DNA of 6,082 nt, taken from the IMG/VR virus record IMGVR_UViG_3300020041_000036, positions 1 through 6,082 of that record; one strand, written 5' to 3'. Below are positions 1-4,464 of the stretch, in pieces; the stretch's first letter is position 1; each line of letters begins with the position of its first letter. Made by a program: the position numbers and the translations under genes. This stretch comes from a virus. The notes beneath the pieces are model-generated. The model saw only the letters and a program-made list of their open reading frames with translations. It ran no database searches and had not been told where the DNA came from.

Positions 1-121
1 GGACGGATTGTCAGAGTCAAGAGCAAACGAAGATTTAGCATAAAGAAGTCTATTCGCCATAGGCCACGCGAAAGAATAGAGACCCCACTGCGAATAACCG
101 TAATAGTTTCGGACGATATCC
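1..121. repeat. Terminal redundancy, left copy (identical to 5962-6082); marks circular closure of a 5961-nt genome
   Basis: Base-by-base comparison of 1-121 with 5962-6082 shows no mismatch. The capsid reading frame runs through the repeat. Confidence 0.97.
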
Positions 122-618
122 CAATAAGCCAAATAAGTATCGGCGTTAGACCATTGCGTCATCGAGGCGTTCGACGGAAGCGCCACGGAGGTTAAAGGGG
201 TCCCGCCTATATTACTTTTATTTCCAACGCGAAGCCAAGAAAAAAGGGAATTTACGTACGATGCACCAAAGCGGTTAGAATTGAGCGCGCCGGTATCAGT
301 CATGGTAGAACAAATCCAATTTGTGCTCAAATCATTCATATCAAACTTACTACTGTTCGTCCGAAGTTCAGGGTGATACAGCTGAAGCGGCACCCAAAAA
401 CGGTGCAAACGAATGGTGTAGGGATTAAATGTCGGAACGGCAAGGGGATTACTTCGAACATCGACGCCTTGCTCAATAGACACACGATCGCGGGCGTTAA
501 TAAAATCGATTCGCACCGGATATAAAATACCCGGCGTACATGTAAAGGCTTTACTCTCGGGAAGGTCGTAACGAGAATAACCATTTACAACGTGAGAAAT
601 AAAAGGTTGTTTTCCCAT
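1..618 (-). CDS. VP1: Major capsid protein, N-terminal 206 codons. It continues across the circular junction into 5961..4774, giving 601 aa in full.
   Basis: Manual translation of the minus strand from the ATG at 618-616 gives MGKQPFISHVVNGYSRYDLPESKAFTCTPGILYPVRIDFINARDRVSIEQGVDVRSNPLAVPTFNPYTIRLHRFWVPLQLYHPELR... with no stop down to base 1. This is in frame with the MANRLLYAK Met at 60 (=6021). The pattern (G.L.P, then an acidic/D..V segment, then R..P, then FWVP..L) matches the conserved N-terminus of microvirus F/VP1 capsid proteins. The ORF track misses it because no stop lies inside the window on this side. Confidence 0.88.
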   Translation of the reverse strand, partial: MGKQPFISHVVNGYSRYDLPESKAFTCTPGILYPVRIDFINARDRVSIEQGVDVRSNPLAVPTFNPYTIRLHRFWVPLQLYHPELRTNSSKFDMNDLSTNWICSTMTDTGALNSNRFGASYVNSLFSWLRVGNKSNIGGTPLTSVALPSNASMTQWSNADTYLAYWDIVRNYYGYSQWGLYSFAWPMANRLLYAKSSFALDSDNPS

Positions 619-621
619 AAA

Positions 622-1692
622 TTAAATAATTAGTTGAAGTTTGTAATGATCTTGCCAGAATTGAAGAATATCCAAGTCTAGCCAAGTAGGAGGGTCAAAA
701 TCGGGCATCTTGCGAGAGGAAGCAGAGAAACGCATCATCTGCTTCTGCTCCCACGTGTATGTCTCTCTACGGGATACGGAGGAATCGAGACCGAACCGCT
801 TAACACACAAAGACACAATACGCTTAACCAGAGGAGACTTGCTAAAACGTGCATAGCTATCAGCAGAGGCAATCGAACGTGCGACCTCATCCTCTTGTTT
901 AAGATATTTAAGATAGTATCGAGGGATCGAGTAATTATAATTGATGCGCTTCTCAAAATCGAAATAAGACCACGTCGAAGTATAAGTAGAAGGACGAGGC
1001 ATATAACCGAGAAAATCACCAACGCCAGCAGATACGAATTTTCGCGTATAACGGCGATGTTGGAGGAGAGAAGATAGAGGTGTAGCTTTTCCATTTATAG
1101 TAACAAATTTACCCGAGACATCTTCGGGGTCAAACTGAATTTGTTTAGTAACATATTTAACAACATATCGAGCTCGCTTGTGCGTACCTTTTCCGAGCCA
1201 GACGAAACCAAGGTCTCCGACGGCCTTCCGAATTTCGTTGTAAAGAACGTTAGTTCCAAAAAGAAAACCATGGAAATGTAAGCGCGGCTCAGAGCCAATT
1301 TCGGGATGGGTGCCAAACTCCTGAAAAAACGCATGTTTAAAAGAGTGGCCAAGACTATGCCGAACCCGCTCGTTCCATCGTCGAATAAAGCAAGCCGGGT
1401 CAAGAAGAGCCTCCTGGTAATACTTAGGAGCAATCGTAATAGTAATAAATATCGCCTGCTGGTACTCAGCCTTGCAGCGAGCAAGCTCACGCTCGAGCCG
1501 AACAAACCAGTTATTGCGCTGACGACGCAGGCACTCTTCGCATTTACCACACGGGACCATGAGCCATTGGCGAGCGACATCCCAAGGACGGAGAGCTAAG
1601 GCAGACTTAGCAACGTCAGAACCATTTCGACAAGGATTCTTCTTGTCAAAATAACGACGATTACGTATCCATATGGGAGAAGAGCAGGGCAT
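622..1692 (-). CDS. VP4: Replication initiation protein (rolling-circle HUH endonuclease, microvirus VP4/gpA family), 356 aa from the ATG at 1692
   Basis: Motifs read in the translation: N-terminal MPCSSPIWIRN; the cysteine cluster PCGKCEECLRRQRNNWFVRLERE; FITITI (motif I-like); LHFHGFLFG (HUH motif); ARYVVKYVTK (YxxKY catalytic tyrosine pair). The track's start at 1713 is a TTG. The first ATG, at 1692-1690, overlaps the upstream stop as ATGA. Confidence 0.93.
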   Translation of the reverse strand: MPCSSPIWIRNRRYFDKKNPCRNGSDVAKSALALRPWDVARQWLMVPCGKCEECLRRQRNNWFVRLERELARCKAEYQQAIFITITIAPKYYQEALLDPACFIRRWNERVRHSLGHSFKHAFFQEFGTHPEIGSEPRLHFHGFLFGTNVLYNEIRKAVGDLGFVWLGKGTHKRARYVVKYVTKQIQFDPEDVSGKFVTINGKATPLSSLLQHRRYTRKFVSAGVGDFLGYMPRPSTYTSTWSYFDFEKRINYNYSIPRYYLKYLKQEDEVARSIASADSYARFSKSPLVKRIVSLCVKRFGLDSSVSRRETYTWEQKQMMRFSASSRKMPDFDPPTWLDLDILQFWQDHYKLQLII

Positions 1693-1892
1693 CAGAGTAA
1701 GCTTTGAAGACAATCAAATCTAATACTAGGATGATCGAGACGACAGCGAACAAGGTAGTCATTCGCGGGAACCTCGTCAGCAAACCAGGCGATGACAACT
1801 CGCTTTCTGCCTCTATATGCGCCAACAGAATAACGATAAGAGATGCTATTGACAACAGGAGAAAACCTAGGGCGAAAATCGAAATAATCCAT
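1692..1892 (-). CDS. Hypothetical small protein, 66 aa from the ATG at 1892, translationally coupled to Rep
   Basis: The ORF is MDYFDFRPRFSPVVNSISYRYSVGAYRGRKRVVIAWFADEVPANDYLVRCRLDHPSIRFDCLQSLL. Its TGA at 1694-1692 shares bases with the Rep ATG at 1692-1690. It lies on the same strand as all other genes. I recognise no family. Confidence 0.45.
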   Translation of the reverse strand: MDYFDFRPRFSPVVNSISYRYSVGAYRGRKRVVIAWFADEVPANDYLVRCRLDHPSIRFDCLQSLL

Positions 1893-1913
1893 AATCAAGA
1901 AAAGTAATACTTT

Positions 1914-1942
1914 GCGCTTCGAAAGACGGTACTTTCGAGCGC
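1914..1942. other. Stem-loop: 11 bp with one bulged T and a 6-nt loop
   Basis: gcgcttcgaaag / acggta / ctttcgagcgc. The pairs run 1914-1942 through 1925-1932, with t1919 bulged. It lies in the non-coding leader between the predicted promoter and the first gene. Confidence 0.6.
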
Positions 1943-1968
1943 GAAAACTGTTTCGTTACGCCGCTCGA

Positions 1969-1997
1969 CGGCCTTAACGGCCGGGACGCTTCGCGTC
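1969..1997. other. Two adjacent short GC-rich stem-loops
   Basis: cggcc-ttaac-ggccg spans 1969-1983 and gacgc-ttc-gcgtc spans 1985-1997. Both stems are 5 bp. Confidence 0.4.
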
Positions 1998-2026
1998 TTC
2001 GAGCTCCATGGCTTCACTTCACGATC

Positions 2027-2055
2027 TATATACCGAATAAATTCGGTGAATTCAA
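2027..2055 (-). promoter_or_regulatory. Candidate sigma70-type promoter reading into the 66-aa ORF/Rep/capsid operon
   Basis: On the minus strand, TTGAAT (2055-2050) is followed by a 17-nt spacer (2049-2033) and TATATA (2032-2027). Each hexamer matches consensus at 4 of 6 positions and the spacing is ideal. It sits just downstream of the terminator hairpin in the largest intergenic region. Confidence 0.4.
2032..2047. promoter_or_regulatory. Perfect palindrome accgaat-aa-attcggt filling the promoter spacer; operator-like site or small hairpin
   Basis: A 7+7 nt inverted repeat with a 2-nt centre, read directly. It occupies 2032-2047, between the candidate -10 and -35 hexamers. Confidence 0.5.
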
Positions 2056-2065
2056 GAGCAAGAAA

Positions 2066-2092
2066 TCCCAGGGGAGAGCGACTCCCCTGGGA
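2066..2092 (-). terminator. Rho-independent terminator candidate closing the minus-strand transcription unit
   Basis: The stem is 10 bp, cccaggggag (2067-2076) pairing with ctcccctggg (2082-2091), plus a t2066-a2092 closing pair; the loop is 5 nt (agcga). On the minus strand the hairpin is followed by TTTCTTGCTCTT. It starts 9 nt after the last stop codon (2102-2104). Confidence 0.6.
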
Positions 2093-2101
2093 GCTAACGG
2101 C

Positions 2102-2176
2102 CTAAAGAATTCTACCTCCAAGCGGACGAGTTACAACTTTAGTGCCTTTTCCTTTTTTCTTTCGTCGTGCTTTCAT
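2102..2176 (-). CDS. Candidate J-like / ORF8-like small polybasic DNA-packaging peptide, 24 aa
   Basis: The ATG at 2176-2174 gives MKARRKKKGKGTKVVTRPLGGRIL followed by TAG. It has 10 basic and no acidic residues and a short hydrophobic C-terminus. It is the last coding element before the terminator. It overlaps the 3' end of the 107-aa gene in the +1 frame. The call rests only on composition, size and position. Confidence 0.4.
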   Translation of the reverse strand: MKARRKKKGKGTKVVTRPLGGRIL

Positions 2177-2462
2177 CACAATCAAGATCAAAATCAAACA
2201 TAAGAACAATAGTATTATCGAAAAACTCGATGCTAAAACCAGAGAGGGTGCTGCAGGCGCTAATAAAGTCAGAGATTTCCGAGTGATCAACGTAGAGCGA
2301 ATCGCTAATACTCGAACTCTTCAGATAGGGCGCGATAGGAGAATTCTCGATAGCATCAAGAGGAATAGGAGTAAACTGACCGTTTTCGATACGACCAACT
2401 TGGGCGAGGTCAATTTTCAAAGCCGGATTAACTCGGCGAATAACAACATGGATCTGTGTCAT
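2139..2462 (-). CDS. Hypothetical protein, 107 aa
   Basis: ATG at 2462 and TAA at 2139-2141. It lies 11 nt downstream of the preceding gene on the same strand. The sequence is protein-like, with an acidic FDFDLDCDE segment and a KEKRKRH tail. I recognise no family. Confidence 0.55.
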   Translation of the reverse strand: MTQIHVVIRRVNPALKIDLAQVGRIENGQFTPIPLDAIENSPIAPYLKSSSISDSLYVDHSEISDFISACSTLSGFSIEFFDNTIVLMFDFDLDCDESTTKEKRKRH

Positions 2463-2473
2463 AACAATGTAGC

Positions 2474-2794
2474 TTAAAGTTTTACTTGAAGTTCAGCACA
2501 AAAGCGCTCCCAGGCGGCAGACTCTTTGTGCCAAAAATCAACACCTTCAGGCGTCGTCCAAAAAAGGAACGCAGAGGAAATAAGGCGACTCGGGCCAAAG
2601 CAAGAACCGTAAAGAGTACGCCGAACGTGGGAGCGCAGACGATCGCGAAAACTCTTGCGAGGCGAGAAATTGCGCTCGTAATTCTCTTTAAAAGCGACGA
2701 GTATTCCTCGACGGACGAGCCATTCAAGGAAAGCATACTCTACAACGTCGATCAACAAGTCGTTGACCCTAACACTTTCACTAGATGTTTTCAT
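2474..2794 (-). CDS. Hypothetical protein, 106 aa
   Basis: ATG at 2794 and TAA at 2474-2476. The composition is globular-looking (FLEWLVRRGILVAFKENY ... TPEGVDFWHKESAAWERFC). It lies on the same strand as the conserved genes. I recognise no family. Confidence 0.6.
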   Translation of the reverse strand: MKTSSESVRVNDLLIDVVEYAFLEWLVRRGILVAFKENYERNFSPRKSFRDRLRSHVRRTLYGSCFGPSRLISSAFLFWTTPEGVDFWHKESAAWERFCAELQVKL

Positions 2795-2880
2795 AATGAT
2801 GTGGTTATTGGTTTACAGTGCAAAGATGAAACAAAAAAAACGAATAACAGAGTCCTAGAAGTCGAAAAAGTTGATCAGTT

Positions 2881-4137
2881 TCACCTTACATAACGACGGC
2901 TAGATTTTGTAGTGCCGGCATATCTGCCATCTTTGCCGAAAATTTCTCTACTCTCATCGTAATCAACAGGAGTAGGACGTTTAGTTGTAGCCGCGCCAGC
3001 GACAGCTATGGCACCAACCAAAGCGGTTCTCGCCATGCTATAACCAAAAGCATTTTTGCTGGATCGGTTTTGGAACCAGCGACCAGAAAGATCTTGTTCA
3101 CCTTCTGAAGCAGCGAGACCCATAAGTTTCTGGTGGATCTGACGACCTGTCATCTTTGTTGTCTTGCCGGTAGGCTTACCTTTTTCATTAACCTCTGGAA
3201 CGTCGACCACTGCGTCCCAATTAAGGTTAAACCACTCGCGAAGATCAGCCAAGTTAACCTTACGTATCTCGGACTCAACGCCTAAAACATCGCCGGAAGC
3301 GGCGGATTCGTAGGCGGCGGCAAAATCCCGAACAATCTGGGCAGCGTAAACAGCATCGAAGTATTTGTCGTTATACTTCTTGATCTGATTTGCCTCTTCA
3401 ACATGCTTTGAATACATGGCAACAAAGTCTTGAAACTTATATGTAGCCATAAGATCAGCATATTCAGCGTCAGCAGTATGGATATCAGCCAAAGCGCGAT
3501 TAAGGCGGACTAATTCGGAAACATTGTCGATATGATGCTCTAAGGACTTCTTTTCCAACTCATCCATCTCCTTTCGCCAGTCTGCGCTATGAGTGTTGCC
3601 TCTCATGAGTTCAGCTTCGGCGTTATCGCGATTAGCGGCAGCGTCGTTACGATTGACTGAAGAACGAGCCATCATATTTTGCGCAATAGCGGTAGGATCG
3701 GTGGCCGCAAAACCACCAGGAGCAATAGGCGAACCACCCGAAGGGCCAGAGGCGGAAGGCATGGAGGCAGAACCGCCGGACATGGTAGCATTAACACCGA
3801 CACCAGAGGCGCCTAGAACGGCAGCAGGCGTTACGCCGGCCTTCGAATAGCGATCAAAGACCTTCGAGGGGTCATTGTAGGCGTTTTCGTAGTCAAACTG
3901 TTTCTGCCAATTAGCATAGGAAAGTTCGGACTGCTTCTGCATCTGCTCGAGGGCATACTGTTGCTGAAGCTTCATCTGTTTTTGCTGAAACTTCCACTGG
4001 CGACGAGCATTCATGCCACCAAAAAGTTGGCCCAAAAAACCGTTGATCAAACCGGTAGTGCCGGTAGAAGCAGCAGATTCGCCAAGAGCGCGACCAAAAG
4101 AGGTAGAAGCGGCAGCGGCGGCAATAGGGGCAGGCAT
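2881..4137 (-). CDS. VP2: Minor capsid / DNA pilot protein (VP2 or gpH-like), 418 aa
   Basis: The N-terminus is Ala/Gly-rich and hydrophobic (MPAPIAAAAASTSFGRALGES...GLINGFLGQLFGG). A Gln/Lys-rich heptad-like segment follows (RRQWKFQQKQMKLQQQYALEQMQKQ), then YNDPSKVFDRYSKAGVTPAAVLG, a Gly/Ser/Ala/Pro low-complexity linker, a long helical region and a C-terminal hydrophobic patch (ALVGAIAVAGAATT). This architecture, its size as the second-largest structural ORF and its position are typical of microvirus pilot proteins. Confidence 0.72.
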   Translation of the reverse strand: MPAPIAAAAASTSFGRALGESAASTGTTGLINGFLGQLFGGMNARRQWKFQQKQMKLQQQYALEQMQKQSELSYANWQKQFDYENAYNDPSKVFDRYSKAGVTPAAVLGASGVGVNATMSGGSASMPSASGPSGGSPIAPGGFAATDPTAIAQNMMARSSVNRNDAAANRDNAEAELMRGNTHSADWRKEMDELEKKSLEHHIDNVSELVRLNRALADIHTADAEYADLMATYKFQDFVAMYSKHVEEANQIKKYNDKYFDAVYAAQIVRDFAAAYESAASGDVLGVESEIRKVNLADLREWFNLNWDAVVDVPEVNEKGKPTGKTTKMTGRQIHQKLMGLAASEGEQDLSGRWFQNRSSKNAFGYSMARTALVGAIAVAGAATTKRPTPVDYDESREIFGKDGRYAGTTKSSRRYVR

Positions 4138-4138
4138 A

Positions 4139-4330
4139 CTATACGTGAGTTAAATTGTTAGAACGAATGATGTAATCAACGCGTACTGTATCAATGTGAA
4201 TACCGTTACGCTGCATCCTAGCCTGAGCGGCGCACGATGATAAGAAGAAGGCGGCCAAAGCAGCAACAATGGAAGAAACGAGTGTCCAAAAAGCCTTCGA
4301 CTTATAAAAAGGGATCTTAGTGTCTGGCAT
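4139..4330 (-). CDS. Small secreted lipoprotein or single-pass membrane protein, 63 aa
   Basis: The sequence is MPDTKIPFYKSKAFWTLVSSIVAALAAFFLSSCAAQARMQRNGIHIDTVRVDYIIRSNNLTHV. It has a Lys-rich n-region, an 18-residue hydrophobic core, and L30-S31-S32-C33, which fits the lipobox pattern [LVI][ASTVI][GAS]C. The TAG stop is 1 nt before the VP2 ATG. Confidence 0.55.
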   Translation of the reverse strand: MPDTKIPFYKSKAFWTLVSSIVAALAAFFLSSCAAQARMQRNGIHIDTVRVDYIIRSNNLTHV

Positions 4331-4362
4331 AATTTTGAAAAATTAAAGAACGATAGAAAAAT

Positions 4363-4433
4363 GCGCGACCTCTCCTGCAGTCGTTACCAATAACCTCTAG
4401 CAATTCACGAACTCTTGCAAGAGGGGTCCGCGC
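4363..4433 (-). terminator. Long imperfect stem-loop followed by a T-tract: candidate leaky terminator/attenuator or ssDNA structural element
   Basis: The arms are gcgcgacctctcctgcag (4363-4380) and cttgcaagaggggtccgcgc (4414-4433). They form about 15 Watson-Crick pairs, with one bulge (c4428), one mismatch and two G-T positions, and a GCGCG base. The inner loop is about 34 nt. On the minus strand the hairpin is followed immediately by ATTTTTCT. Confidence 0.35.
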
Positions 4434-4464
4434 ACGTAGCATATATCGTCAAGTAAAGAGTACA

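Noticed and set aside
336-584. 82-aa minus-strand ORF listed in the track
   Set aside because: It lies in an alternative frame entirely inside the capsid N-terminal coding region and gives a hydrophobic off-frame-looking translation. The capsid frame explains this DNA.
1693-1713. The ORF-track starts at 1713 (Rep) and 1898 (small ORF)
   Set aside because: Both are TTG codons (plus-strand caa) shown as M. In-frame ATGs at 1692 and 1892 are more plausible. The 1692 ATG gives the typical Rep N-terminus (MPCSSPIWIRN) and the ATGA coupling.
1704-1907. Plus-strand 67-aa ORF antisense to the 66-aa ORF upstream of Rep
   Set aside because: It has the same exact-antisense-frame explanation. The minus-strand ORF is also linked to Rep by an ATGA overlap. 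Neither has recognisable homology, so the strand choice is not fully certain.
2027-2053. The promoter-region palindrome as an XerCD/dif-like integration site
   Set aside because: It has no 6-8 nt central spacer between 11-nt arms and no resemblance to the E. coli dif sequence. Without a host dif sequence for comparison the idea cannot be supported, so it is kept only as an alternative in the promoter finding.
2177-2290. The N-terminal 38 codons of the 62-aa ORF 2102-2290 (MITRKSLTLLAPAAPSLVLASSFSIILLFLCLILILIV), a possible membrane anchor fused to the basic tail
   Set aside because: It is entirely off-frame within the 107-aa gene and has no support beyond hydrophobicity. Only the distal 24 codons, from the internal ATG, resemble a known class of microvirus protein. 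A TM-plus-basic-tail protein cannot be fully excluded.
2833-2840. A8 homopolymer (T8 on the coding-sense strand) in the 86-nt spacer after VP2, considered as a terminator tail
   Set aside because: I could not find a convincing stem immediately upstream on the minus strand, only 3-4 bp pairings. I noted it as a possible slippage or curvature element but did not call a terminator.
2142-2893. Plus-strand ORFs 2142-2477 (111 aa) and 2486-2893 (135 aa), which mirror the minus-strand 107-aa and 106-aa genes almost end to end
   Set aside because: Both are in the exact codon-for-codon antisense frame of the minus-strand genes, sharing the same coordinate modulo 3. They stay open simply because those genes avoid TTA, CTA and TCA codons. 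Their translations are low-complexity and polybasic, all conserved microvirus genes are on the other strand, and the family is unidirectionally transcribed.
3593-3850. Plus-strand 85-aa ORF inside the VP2 gene
   Set aside because: It lies antisense to the GC-rich Gly/Ala/Ser/Pro linker of VP2. GC-rich low-complexity coding DNA is commonly open on the opposite strand, and the translation is itself an Ala/Pro/Glu low-complexity sequence.
4363-4433. Possible tRNA: about 71 nt with paired ends resembling an acceptor stem
   Set aside because: On neither strand could I place D, anticodon and T arms. There is no GTTCRANNC T-loop near the 3' end, and the stem is about 17 bp rather than 7. I treated it as a hairpin element instead.
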